The notes under the pieces: generated by a model
Databases searched by the model: none
The model's input: the letters and a program-made list of their open reading frames with translations, nothing else
What the model was told of the DNA's origin: nothing
Translations under genes and position numbers: made by a program
Source of the DNA: Mobula hypostoma
Lineage: Eukaryota
Direction of reading: 5' to 3'
NCBI RefSeq assembly: GCF_963921235.1
Contig: NC_086097.1
Span: forward strand, 215,514,001 to 215,578,000
DNA: 64,000 nucleotides
In this document: one piece after another, positions 51,243 through 63,123 of the stretch
Numbering within the stretch: position 1 is the first letter of the stretch
How the letters are laid out: each line of letters begins with the position of its first letter

Positions 51243-52038
51243 GTCAAGGTGACGCTAAACATCAACTTCGGAAACAGCTTTATTTCTATCTTCGATATCT
51301 CTTTTTTTTCCATTTCAGGGTATGGGTTTTTTTTTTGAAGTCCCTGACTTGGAGTTACACTCTGACTTCGGTTCTTTGCGGGTATGGGACCCACTCTCAG
51401 GGCCTCACGACCGCCTGCTTTTTGATATCCCAAGGACCCATCTGGAAGATGAGTGCACTTTCAGGGTTCTGGATTTTTGTGGCTCTGGGAACTTGCTAAT
51501 CCTAGGCCGGTGCCCTTGATTGAAGCTCCGCAGGAGAACACAGAACATCAGGAGCAGCAGATTAGCTGCCGGGGGTTGTGTGTGTGTGGAGAGCTGTGTC
51601 TTTTTGGTGTCGACTCTATGGGCGCAGAGCTCAGAAAAAACAATACAATAGACTTTTAACATCATAAACCAGCAAGTTGTTTGTATGTCTCCTCTTTCGC
51701 TGTGAAACAGGGACACCCCTTTTTCCCTTATTTGTCAAATTACTGGGTGAACGAGTAGTTTTTGGGGTATTGCAAGTCTGTATCTTTATTTATGATTTAG
51801 TGCATGCTTAAGTGCTTGGTGGAGGATGCTGATGTTTTTTTGCTGGTGCGGGTGGGATCACTGCCTTGTTTTTGCTTGCGCATGGGAGGGGGAGTTGGGG
51901 GGGTGGCTTTGTGTTTCTAACGTTTTAACTGTCATTCATTCTTTGGGGCACTTCTCTGTTTTCATGCATGTCTGCGAAGAGAAAGAATTTCAGGATTATA
52001 TTGTATAAATTTCTCTGACATAAAATATACCTATTAAT
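51243..52038 (+). mobile_element. Family B non-autonomous retroposon, second copy
   Basis: Colinear with 15839-16658 (cttcggaaacagc...aaagaatttcagga...acctatt). Inserted at CR1 caacct|att with acct duplicated at 51239-51242 and 52039-52042. Confidence 0.82.
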
Positions 52039-52398
52039 ACCTATTCTCATAAGGCATGCTCTCCAATCCAGGCAACAGCCTTGTAAATCTCCTCCTCACT
52101 CTCTCTATAGTATCCACATCCTTCCTGTAGTGAGGTGACCAGAACTGAGCACATTACTCCAAGTGGGATCTAACTAAGGTCTTATATAGGTGTAACATTA
52201 CCTCATGGCTCTTGAACTCAATCCCACGGTTGATATAGGCCAACACACCATACGCCTTCTTAACAACACTGTCAACCTGTGCAGCAGCTTTGAGAGTCCT
52301 ATGGACAGGGACCCCAAGATCTTACTGATCCTCCACCCTGCCAAGAGCCTTACTATTAATATTATAACCCGTCTTCAAATTTGACCTACCAAAATGAA

Positions 52399-52823
52399 CC
52401 CCATCCCCCCCTTGCCTTCACCATTCCCCATCCCCTTTTCCCTTTATCCTTCTATCACCATATCTCCTTGTCTGCCCATCACCTCCCTCTGGTGCTCCTC
52501 CCCCCTTTTCTTTCCTCCATGGCCTTCTGTTTTCTCCTATCGGACCCCCTCTTCTCCAGCCCTGTACCTCTTTCATCAATCAACTTCCCAGCTCTTTACT
52601 TCATTCCTCCCCCTCCCAGTTTCACCTATCACCTTGTGCTTCTCCCTCCCCACCTTTTAAATCTACTCCTCATCTTCTTTTTCTCCGTTCTTGCCAAAGG
52701 GTCTCAGACCAAAACATTGACTGTACTTTTTTTTTCCATAGATGCTGCCTGGTCAGCTGAGTTCCTCCAGCATTTTGTGTGTATTGCTTGGATTTCCAGC
52801 ATCTGCAGGCTTTCTCTCGTTTG
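52399..52823 (+). mobile_element. Penelope-like 3' UTR/pseudo-LTR fragment in CR1, with a decayed hammerhead at 52686-52723
   Basis: Pyrimidine-rich tract followed by gatgctgcctgg...gagttcctccagcattttgtgtgt...ccagcatctgcag. Confidence 0.85.
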
Positions 52824-53095
52824 TCACTTCACGCTTATCTGGGCTGAACTCCATCTGCCACTTCCCAGCCCAGTTCTGCATCCTATTGATGTTTCGCATT
52901 AAACTCTGACAGCCCTCCACACTATCCACAAAACCTCCAACTTTTGTGTCATCAGCAAACTTACTAACCCACCCTTCTACTTTCTCATTCAGGTCATTTA
53001 TAAAAATCACAATGAGGAGGGGTCCCAGAACAGATCCCTGCAAAACTCCATTGGTCACCAACCTCCCTGCAGAATATGAACCATCTACAACTACT

Positions 53096-53717
53096 ACAAC
53101 AGGAATTCTGCAGATGCTGGAAATTCAAGCAACACACATCAAAGTTGCTGGTGAACGCAGCAGGCCAGGCAGCATCTGTAGGAAGAGGTGCAGTCGACGT
53201 TTCAGGCCGAGACCCTTCGTCAGGACTAACTGAAGGAAGAGTGAGTAAGGGATTTGAAAGTTGGAGGGGGAGGGGGAGATCCAAAATGATAGGAGAAGAC
53301 AGGAGGGGGAGGGATGGAGCCAAGAGCTGGACAGGTGATAGGCAAAAGGGGATACGAGAGGATCATGGGACAGGAGGTCCGGGAAGAAAGACGGTGGGGG
53401 GGGACCCAGAGGATGGGCAAGAGGTATATTCAGAGGGACAGAGGGAGAAAAAGGAGAGTGAGAGAAAGAATGTGTGCATAAAAATAAGTAACAGATGGGG
53501 TACGAGGGGGAGGTGGGGCCTTAGCGAAAGTTAGAGAAGTCAATGTTCATGCCATCATCTATTCACGGCCTCCTCTACTGTAAAGATGAAGCCACACTCA
53601 GGTTGGAGGAACAACACCTTATATTCCGTCTGGGTAGCCTCCAACCTGATGGCATGAACATCGACTTCTCTAACTTCTGCTAAGGCCCCACCTCCCCCTC
53701 GTACCCCATCTGTTACT
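53096..53717. mobile_element. Young Penelope-like element with inverted arrangement, ORF C-terminal remnant and 14-bp TSD
   Basis: Exact TSD catctacaactact at 53082-53095 and 53718-53731. Bases of about 53487-53537 are the reverse complement of about 53647-53717. Plus-strand peptide SIHGLLYCKDEATLRLEEQHLIFRLGSLQPDGMNIDFSNF resembles the C-terminal end of the PLE GIY-YIG endonuclease. Confidence 0.92.
53191..53228 (-). ncRNA. Intact minimal type I hammerhead ribozyme motif
   Basis: Minus strand reads uaguc-CUGACGA-a-GGGU(cucg)GCCU-GAAA-C-GUC-gacug. Stem I uaguc/gacug, stem II with a tetraloop, and a loopless palindromic ACGU helix III. Predicted cleavage between 53196 and 53195. Confidence 0.8.
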
Positions 53718-55189
53718 CATCTACAACTACTCTTTGCTTTAGTGGGCAAGCCAATTTTGGATCCACAAAGCAAGGTTTTCTTGGATCCCATGCCTCCTTA
53801 CTTTCTGACTGAGCCTTGCGTGCGAAACCTTATCAAAAGCCTTACTGAAATCCATATACACTACATCCACTGCTCTACCTTCATCAATGTGTTTTGTTAC
53901 ATCCTCAAAGAATTCATTTAGGCTTGTAAGGCACGACCTGCCCTTGACAAAACGATGCTGACTATCCCTAATCAGATTATGTCTCTCCAAATGCTCATAA
54001 TTCCTACCTCTCAGAATCTTCTCCAACAATTTGCCCAACACTGAAGTCAGGCTCACTGGTCTATAATTTCCTGGGTTACCTCTACTCCCTTTCTCGTCCA
54101 GTCCCGGCAACTTATCTAACTTAATGCTTCTCATAAACTCCAGCATATCCTTTTACTTAATGTCTATACACTCAAGTGTTTCAGTCCACTGTCAGTCATC
54201 CCCTCAATTGCCAAGGTCCTTTTTACTGGTGAATACTGAAGCAAAGTATTCAAAAAGTACCTCTGCTGCCTCCTGCAATTCCATGCACATGTTTCCAATA
54301 TCGCATCTGTTTGGTCCTATTCTTTCATGGCTCATCCTCTTGCTCTTCAGATGCTTGTAGAATGCCTTGGGGTTTTCCTTAGTCCTGCTCACCAAGGCCT
54401 TCTCATGGCCCCTTCCAGCTCTCCTAATTTCATTCTTAATCTCCTTCCAGGCAACCTTGTAATTTTCTAGAGCTCTAGCAGTATCTAGTTTCTTGAACCA
54501 TTCATAAGCTTTTCTCTTCTTCTTAACTACATTTTATACATCCTTTGTACACCATGGTTCTTTCGCCCTAGCATTCTTTCCCTACCTCAATGGAACATAC
54601 CTATGCAGAATGCCATGCAAATGCTCCCTGAACATTTGACACATTTCTGCTGTGCATTTCCCTGAGAACATCTGCTTCCAATTATTGCTCCCAAGTTCCT
54701 GCCTAACAGCATCATATTTCCCCCACCCTAATTAAATAGTTTCCAAAATTGTTTGCTCCTATCCCTGTTCTTAAGAGACCACTTGAAACTACATACGGCT
54801 ACAATTTAAAAAAAATTATTTAATGTAAACTAGGGAATTAGAACTATGTTACACCAATGCGCAAAGTCTTTTGGCATTCTGTTTTATCATAAGGGAATGC
54901 ATAATGTATTCATTCAAGGAAATAAGCAAACACTTGCATGCTGTAGCACTATTGTTTGTAAATGAGCCGTGCATCAAGAGATTACAATCCTTTCCTGTTG
55001 GTGTAAGTGATGATATTGATTGAAAGAGCCTTTATTAGTACATTAGTGCAACCCTGAAGTCCTGGGCTTTCCGGACTCTATCAGTGGGCTAAATTGTTGC
55101 AGTCTGGGCTTGGGGAAATGAATTGAATTGATTGCTTCAGCAAACAATCAGTCTGCGAGTTGTCAAATGCAATAGGGAACAGCTTGTCT

Positions 55190-55690
55190 TATTGATATCC
55201 TCTGCTTTGGTTGGTATGACATGCAGGTGAATCTTGAATAGCCACTGGCAAACTAACATCTGAAGTGGTTATGGCATCTGACAGGTTCCTTACTGCGATA
55301 CAGACTCTGCTGATCCTCCCTCCAGACACTGGAGTTCTGAGCATCGCACCTGTTATGTCCTTGAATGAGGGAACCAACAAGCCCACACATCTTGCCAGTT
55401 TGGCATTTCACTATTGGGATATTTGATGGGACTCAAGGAATAAGCATGGACTGGTACTCCTTCCTTGGGATGGTAGCATTTACAGGTCTTTGTGTCAGTA
55501 CCATTGTTGTTGCATGAGCCATGAATGCCACTGCCCATGATCAATCAGACTTGAAGTCCAGCCTTGTTCGCAGACACCTTAAAACATTGTCCGCACGCCT
55601 CCTCCACAACACATCAACAGCCCTTCATCATCTATGCTAAAGCCATAAGGGAAGCGTATCTCCAATCCAAACTGGAGAAGTATGAGCTAC
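55190..55690 (-). mobile_element. Ancient RTE-type LINE RT remnant
   Basis: Decayed CGGG...QG and GRISRVCIAVRNL segments align in order with the RTE RT. Heavily mutated. Confidence 0.45.
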
Positions 55691-56049
55691 TGCTTCTGAT
55701 AATAGCAAACAAGATAAGGGATGCATGATAAGACATGGCAAAGTGTAGAAAAATAGAGTGGGCAAAAGATGTGGATGAGGTGATATGAAATGACATGGGA
55801 TAGTTGCCTTTCTTGGCTACAGTCGACTAATGTTCTCAGTACTATTTGCACAGCTTGTCCTCTTTTGCAGATCTGTGTTTGCAGTCTTTGTTTATGTATA
55901 GTTTTTTTTTCATAAAATTTGATTGTATTTCTTTTTTCTCTTGTATATGCCTGTGAGAAAATCAATCTCAAAGTAGTGGATGGTAACACAAGCGTACTTT
56001 GATAATAAAGTTATTTTGAACTTTGGTTGAGGTTCAATATATTAGAATG

Positions 56050-56480
56050 TAAGCGCACAAAGCATGTGTCAGCTTTATCAAACAACAGTTAAGCATGGCT
56101 ATGGTACCAGCTTTAGTTAGCTTACCACAGTTTGGACAACAAGATAGCCTGAGAGAAGGCATGAAGAAGATTTACAAGAGTGCTGACAAAGGGTGAGGAA
56201 TTTTTGCATTGAGGTTTAGACATGGGCAGTCATTTTTTGAACAAATGTCATTGAACAGAGATTTAATGGCAGTTTGTAAGATTTTACATGAACTGGATAG
56301 ACTATTTCCTTTGGCAGTGAGGTTGATAGCTATGTTTAGAACTAAGTGAATTACTAAAAGGCATAAAGAGGGATTGAAAACGTTAGTAGTCGAGGTTTGG
56401 TGCACTGCCTCATAGAGTTGGTGGAAGTAGAAATTGTCATCACATTCAAAAGTATACATTCACGATGATGAAGTGCTTTG
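56050..56480 (+). mobile_element. Very degenerate CR1 3' remnant
   Basis: Decayed equivalents of ERV.RRFTR.L, GDLI.V.KI and RVV.VWN.LP. Confidence 0.55.
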
Positions 56481-56679
56481 AGAAGTTGGTCATGGCCAGA
56501 ATTAATTCCTGCCTAAATAAGGGCCTGGACCTGTTGCAATTTGCCCATCTCCACAATAGCTCTAGCACGTAATAGTTTTCTCTACTGAAAAGCAGTGCAA
56601 TCTCACTGGCTGCCCAGTCTGGCCTTGGACCTCCTGGACTATCCTATGTCAGGTTGCTGTTTGATTACAGCTCAGCATT

Positions 56680-58170
56680 CAACAGAATCATACCCTCATG
56701 CAGGGAACCTTCAAAAGGTAATGCCTCAAAAAGATTGCATCCATCATTACGGACCCCCATTTCCCAGGAAATGCCTCTTTGTCTTTGCTACCATCAAGGA
56801 GGAGATACATGAGTTTGAACGCATACATTTAACAGTTTAGGAATAGCTTCTTCCCCTTTCAAGTCGTCAAGTCAAGTAAAGTTTATTGTCATTTAACTAT
56901 ATATTTGTATAACACATATAACCATATAATGTATATAGAAACAAGACAATGCTTCTCCAAACCAGGGTGTAAAGCATAGTAACACTTAACACACAATAAC
57001 TTATGAAGGCAAGGTTAAAATCTACAGATGAATCATACTTAAATAACGAACTAAAGTGCATTAATATCAAATATTGTACGGTATGTAACACTTCAAATAT
57101 GATGCAGCAGGGAGTTCAGAAGCCTGATAGCCTGGGGGAAGAAACTGTTTCTCATCCTGACTGTTCTTGTTCTTATGCATCATAGTCTCCTGCCTGATGG
57201 TAGAAAGTCAAGAAGGATGTTGGATGGACGGGTGGGATCCTTAATAATACTAAGTGCCCTGCATACACAGCGCTCCCAATAAATGTTCCCGATGGATGGC
57301 AGGGAGACCCCTATGTTCCTCTCAGCTGTTCTCACAGTCGTTTGTAGGGACTTTTGGCCCAGTGCTCGACTGTTCCCGTACCAGATGGAGATGCCGTTTG
57401 CCAGGATGCATTCAATGGTGCTCCTGTAAAACACAGTTAAGATAAGGGAAGTAGAGGTGTTACTGTGCCTTCTCATTCAGGGATGTGATATTAAGGGACC
57501 AGGTAAGGTCATCTGTGATCTGAATTCCCAGGAACTTGGTGCACATAACTCTCTTGTAAGAGGAGCTATGTCTTCAGAGAGGGTAATGGTTCATCTGCAC
57601 CTCCCTGAAGATCACAATAATTTCCATTGTCTTCTCCACGTTGAGATTTAGGTTTCTCTTCCCACACCAATGCACCAGCCACTCCACTTCCTGTCTACAC
57701 TGCGTCTCGTCATCGCCTTTGATGAGGCTCAAAGAGTTGGTGGAAGCAGAAATCATTATCACGTTCAAAAGTTTGTCATCCGCGAACTCGGTGACCTGGT
57801 TTGAGCTGGATCCTGCGACACAGTCATGCATCAGCAGCGGGCTGAGCACACAGCCTGGGGAGAGCCAGTGCTCAGCGTATGGGGCGAGAGACATGCTGAC
57901 AACACGGACTGACTGTGGCCTTTCTGTTTACTACGTTTGTCGTCATATTTCTGAATGGACAATGAACCCATATACACTACCTCATTATTTTTCTCTTCAA
58001 GTTTTGCTCTCGTTTTACACTATTTATTGAATTCAATTTTTAACATATATATTTTCCTTATTGTAATTTGTAGTTTTAAAAATTATGATGTATTACACTG
58101 TACTGCTGCCGCAAAACAACAAATTTCACAACGTACGTAACCGATATTAAACCTGATTCTGATTTGAATT
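56680..58170. mobile_element. Rex1/Babar LINE 3' end (+) interrupted by an antisense Rex copy (about 56860-57930)
   Basis: aatagcttcttcccct at about 56845 resumes at about 57940 and ends aaacctgattctga. The minus copy has GCVLSPLL, EFADD, FYRSTIECIL and a (gactt)n tail. Confidence 0.78.
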
Positions 58171-58879
58171 CCTGTTCATGCTGTGTTTGTCCAACCTTGC
58201 TGTGAGTCATGCTGCCAGAACAATTACCACGAAGAGGCCCAAAGCAGCCTGGTTTTGAAAGCGTAGGCAATGATCTGACAAAGCACATTTTGTTATTCCC
58301 TTAATTTTTTATTTTTTTCAATCATAGCCTAAAAATCAAAATTAACATCTTCAAACAAAAAATGTGCTTAAATATATTGGTATTTACCAATGTGTATTTA
58401 AAAACTCAAAAATCTAAACAATAAATTACCATGTACATATTTGTGCCTTGGATTTCCAGTATCCAGTATCCACTACTGGCTGCTAAGCTAATTGATTTGA
58501 AACCACATATCAGAATCATGATTACCTCAGTTTTTAGATAAATGCTATTGCTTCCAGCTATAATCATCAAAAGCTGAATAACATACATAACATTTAGAAA
58601 ACTTACACAAGTAGATTCTAAAAATCAATAGCTCTGAATGGATGAAACCCACAACGAATAAAGCTCCTCACAATGAATGAATAAGTGATGTGATTAAGAA
58701 CAACTGAAGAATCTAATCTATAAACAGTAAAAGCAGGACTGGGTGAGGGGAATATGGGAAAGGGTGCAAGAAACAATCTCAGCTACTTAATTCCTTTAGA
58801 ATCATTTAGAGCATATACTATATCTCATCATGGTTTATGCAAATATGAAACTTCTGATGATAAAGGCTATTTATATCAT

Positions 58880-60385
58880 TGGACGCTGTTCAACGACTAT
58901 AACTTAGCATTTAATGCTATCATTTCCATAATTCTGATTGAGAAGTTGCAGAACACTGGGCCTCTGTACCTCCCTCTGCAATTGGATCCTCGACTTTCTA
59001 ACTGGAAGACCACAGTCTTAGCGGATTGGTGATAACATATCCTCGTTGTTGACGATCAACACTGGTGCACCTCGGGGGGGTGTGCTTAGCTCACTGCTCT
59101 ACTTTCTGTATATGCATAACTGTGTGGCTAGGCATAGCTCAAATACCATCTGTAAATTTGCTGACGATACAACCATTGTTGGTAGAATCTCAGGTAGTGA
59201 CGAGAGGGCGTACAGGAGTGAGATACGCCAACTAGTGGAATGGTACTGCAGCAACAACCTGGCACTCAGTGTCAGTAAGACAAAAGAGCTGATTGTGGAC
59301 TTCAGGAAGGGTAAGACGAAGGAGCACATACCAATCCTCATAGAGGGATCAGAAATGGAGAGAGTGAGCAGCTTCAAGTTCCTGGGTGTCAAGATCTCTG
59401 AGGATCTAACTTAGTCCCAACATATCAATGTAGTCATAAAGAAGGCAACCCAGCAGCTATACTTTATTAGGAGTTTGAAGAGATTTGGCATGTCAACAAA
59501 TGCACTCAAAAACTTCTATAGTTCAACCATGGAGAGCATTCTGACAGGCTGCATCACTGTTTGGTATGGAGGGGCTACTGCACAGGACTGAAAGAAGCTG
59601 AAGAAGGTTGTAAATCTAGTCAGCTCCATCTTGGGCACTGGCCTACAAAGTACACAGGATATCTTTAGGGACTGGTGTTTCAGAAAGGCAGCGTCCATTA
59701 TTAAGGACCTCCAGCACCCAGGGTATGCCCTTTTCTCACTGTTACCATTAGGTAGGAGATACAGAAGCCTGATGGCACACACTCAGCGATTCAGGAACAG
59801 CTTCTTCCCCTCTGTCATCCAATTCCTAAATGCACCTTGAAGCTTTGGACACTACCTCACTTTATTAATATATGGTATTTCTGTATTTGTACATTTTTAA
59901 AAAATCTATTCAATATATGTGATTTACTTATTTATTTACTTGATTTACTTGTTTATTTATTATTATGTTTTATTTAATTTATTTTTTTCTCTCTCTACTA
60001 GATTATGTATTGCATTGAATTGTTTTATTAAAGTCTGTCATGAGCCTTGTGCTGGTGCTTATGCTGGTTTCCGTGGCGTGAAGTGACTGGGAGTACGAGA
60101 CTCCCCCACCCCACCTGCCCGATAGGATGCCAGTCTATCGCGAGGTAAACCCCCAGCATTTTTTTGCCAGCACCCATTCTCAGCAGGTAGACTGGAGCAT
60201 TGTGTGGTTAAGCGCCTTGCTCAAGGACACACACGCTGCCTCGGCCGAGGCTCGAACCCACGACCTTCAGATCACTAGTCCAACGCCCTAACCACTTGGC
60301 TACGCGCCACACTGCATTGAACTGTAGCTTCTAAGTTAACAAATTTCACGTCACATGCTGGTGATAATAAACCTGATTCTGATTA
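58880..60385 (+). mobile_element. Rex1/Babar LINE 3' half
   Basis: TGAPRGGVLSSLLY, CKFADDTTIVG, FKFLGVKISEDL and RFRNSFFPSVI, with an aataaacctgattctgatt tail. Confidence 0.9.
60024..60310 (-). mobile_element. tRNA-derived SINE with 15-bp TSD
   Basis: Minus strand shows A box TAGCCAAGTGG, B box GGTTCGAGCC and a central gtccttgagcaaggcgcttaacc. TSD attgcattgaattgt (60009-60023) / actgcattgaactgt (60311-60325). Confidence 0.9.
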
Positions 60386-61470
60386 TTCACTCAAATTATA
60401 CTTATTTAACAACATGGGTCTTTTTCAAGCTGAATTATGGGATTTCTGCCAAACCTGGGATATGATTACGTATAAGCATGCAAACATGCTGAATCTACAA
60501 ACTCCAGAATCTCCACTGGCATTAATGGAAGTCGTTCTTAAAATAGCATAAATATCCTTTTGTTCTTGATCATAGTAGTTAGACTTTTCCTTTCGTATTT
60601 ATTATGTAGTTTCCTCTTCTTCAAAAACATCTTACTTCATGTTCCCTGAACAGTATACGCCTTCTAGTTTAGAACGTTGTTGTGTTAACAAGGTCACTGG
60701 AGAGAAGTGGCTGGTAGATATGAGGTAGTTTCTTTATTTGACAAAATGAGACACTGCAGGCATCATATTGTAATGCTTGACCCAACACTACATAACATTT
60801 TATTTGCTAAAGATCAAAGCACAATTCCATATTTACAATGCTTCCACAATGCTTCCTTTGAATTACACACAACCTTCACACCTCCCTCTTCACACCCACA
60901 CTACAGACACCCAAATGAATTTAAATCAGCATTGTCTGGTCTTCCAATTATCTGTGGGTCATTGTTCAGAGCTGCATTTTAAATTTAATCTACAGTTCAT
61001 ATTCAGATCTGACAACTGGTGGCTGAAGTTAGTTGCTGAAGTTGTTTGCTCTATGTGTTAACCCCAAAAATGCCCTAACATAGAAAGTTTATGAGACTGA
61101 AACTCTTCAAAATGAATCAATATGTGATTAAGAATAACTGAAGAGCCAAACTTATAAAAAGGAAAGATAGAACTGGCCAAGGGGAATATGGGAAACTGCA
61201 ACAAGCATGCTCACTCACTTTAATCTTTCTCAGTCCTTTGGAACATAGTCATGACAATATTTGAAAAAAGAATGTCAGAGATTGTAGATGTAGAAGATTC
61301 ACTGATGTTTCTGAACTCCTCAATACACTGAAATTAACAAACTGCTTTGTGAGCATGGTAGGAGCTCAATCAACAGAGTTGCACAGTTACCATTATTAAA
61401 GTGGAGATGGAAATTTATTTTGGAAATAAAAAGTGTTAATACAGAACAGGAAAAATGTGATCTGGATACT

Positions 61471-63123
61471 TCTTCTTCTTCCTGGGATGGCAGGACTTTC
61501 ATATGATGAAAGACTGGATCGGCTAAGGCTTATACTCTCTGGAATTTAAAAGACTGAGGGGGGATCTTATTGAAACGTATAAAATTCTAAAGGGATTGGA
61601 CAGGCTAGATGTAGGAAGATTGTTCCCGATGTTGGGGAAGTCCAGAATAAGGGGTCACAGTTTGAGGATAAACGGGAAGCCTTTTAGGACCGAGTTGAGG
61701 AAAAACTTCTTCACACAGAGAGTGGTGAATCTGTGGAATTCTCTGCCATGGGAAACAGTTGAGGCCAGTTCATTGGCTACATTTAAGAGGGAGTTAGATA
61801 AGGCCCTTGTGGCTAAAGGGATCAGCAGGTATGGAGAGAAGGCAGGTACAGGGTTCTGAGTTGGATGATCAGCCATGATCGTACTGAATGGTGGTGCAGG
61901 CTCGAAGGGCCGAATGGCCTACTCCTGCACCTATTTTCTATGTTTATATGTTTCTTCTTCGGTTGTCCATCGAAATCCGATGACGATGTCCACTCCTTTA
62001 ACGGTGAGATCTTTGATGATTATACAATCCTGTCCTGGACCCACAAGCTCTATTGCAGGTGGGACATGTATATGTAGTAGTGGTGGCAACCGTGGCTGCA
62101 TTTCTCCTGGCTCTTTGCTGTCTTCTGGTTGTTCTTTCCATCTCCAGAATACGAACCCCATCCCTACACAGCTGTTGCCAGGTAGTACGGTCAGCAGCAA
62201 CCTCTTCCAGGTCTTCGGGTCTGATCTTGCACTTTCTTAAAACATTCTTCATCTGATCCTTATAGCGCTTCTTCGGCCTTCCAGCAGAGCGTCAACCACG
62301 ATGCAGCTGGTTGTGTAACACTCTGCGGGGCAGCCGACATGGGGGCATCCTTATCACGTGCCCCAGCCACTGCAGCTGACGCTGGGTGATCATGGCCTCA
62401 ATACTTCTGCAATTGGTCTTTGATTTCAGTGTGAGGCAGGATGCGCTGGAGGCAGCTTATGTGGAAGCACTCTAAGGACTTGATGTGAGGGCTGTAGGTT
62501 ACCCAAGCATCACAGCTATAAAGGAGGGTGGTGGCACAGACTGCTTGGTACACGGTGACCTTTCTGGAGAGACGAGGGCTCCTGTTCTGAAAGACTCTAC
62601 GCCGAAGTCTCCCAAAGGCAGCTGATGCCTGTTTAATGCGGCTCTGGATGTTGTTGTCAATGCCACTATCCTCAGAGGGAATGCTCCCCAGATATTTGAA
62701 AGATGGCACTACTGACAGCTTTTCATCACCAACAGTGAAGGCAGGTAGAGTGGGTGGGACACTGGTACTCCATTGGCAAACCGCTTTTATCTTGGTGGTA
62801 TTGACAGTCAGCCCCATCCTGCTGTACGCTCTCACCGCCACAGCAAGGACAGTCTGAAGATCCTCCGGAGTATGGACCACAAGAGCACAGTCGTCTGCAT
62901 ACTGCAGCTCCAGGACCCGCTCGCTACGGAGATTGGTGGTTGCGTGGAGCCTCCTGATGTCAAAGAGGTTGCCATCTAATCTGACATCCACTGCCACACC
63001 GCTGCTGTCTTTAGTCTCGTTGTGGAGAAGCTTGGTAACACACGAGAGGAAGATGTTAAAGAGCACAGGAGCTAGTACACACCCCTGCCTCACCCCTGTG
63101 CGTACAAGGAAGGGCTCGGACTC
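61471..63123 (-). mobile_element. 5'-truncated RTE LINE with 13-bp TSD
   Basis: RQGCVLAPVLFNIF, LQYADDCAL, FKYLGS and C-terminal CPTCNRACGSRTGLYNHQRSH, with a (GAA)n tail. TSD tgatctggatact (61458-61470) / tgatctggattct (63124-63136). Confidence 0.92.
61481..61955 (+). mobile_element. CR1 3' fragment inserted into the (GAA)n tail of the RTE
   Basis: KNFFTQRVVNLWNSLP and 3' UTR gaagggccgaatggcctactcctgcacc. cttcttc repeats lie on both sides. Confidence 0.9.

Larger units (their letters stand above)
50847..54770 (-). mobile_element. 5'-truncated CR1 LINE with three nested insertions
   Basis: NYRPVSLTSV, YMDFSKAFDKV and SKFADDTKVGG on the minus strand. Closely related to 46291-50302. Confidence 0.9.

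Noticed and set aside
60235..60310. Functional tRNA gene on the minus strand
   Set aside because: It is the head of a TSD-flanked SINE, and I could not form a convincing acceptor stem.
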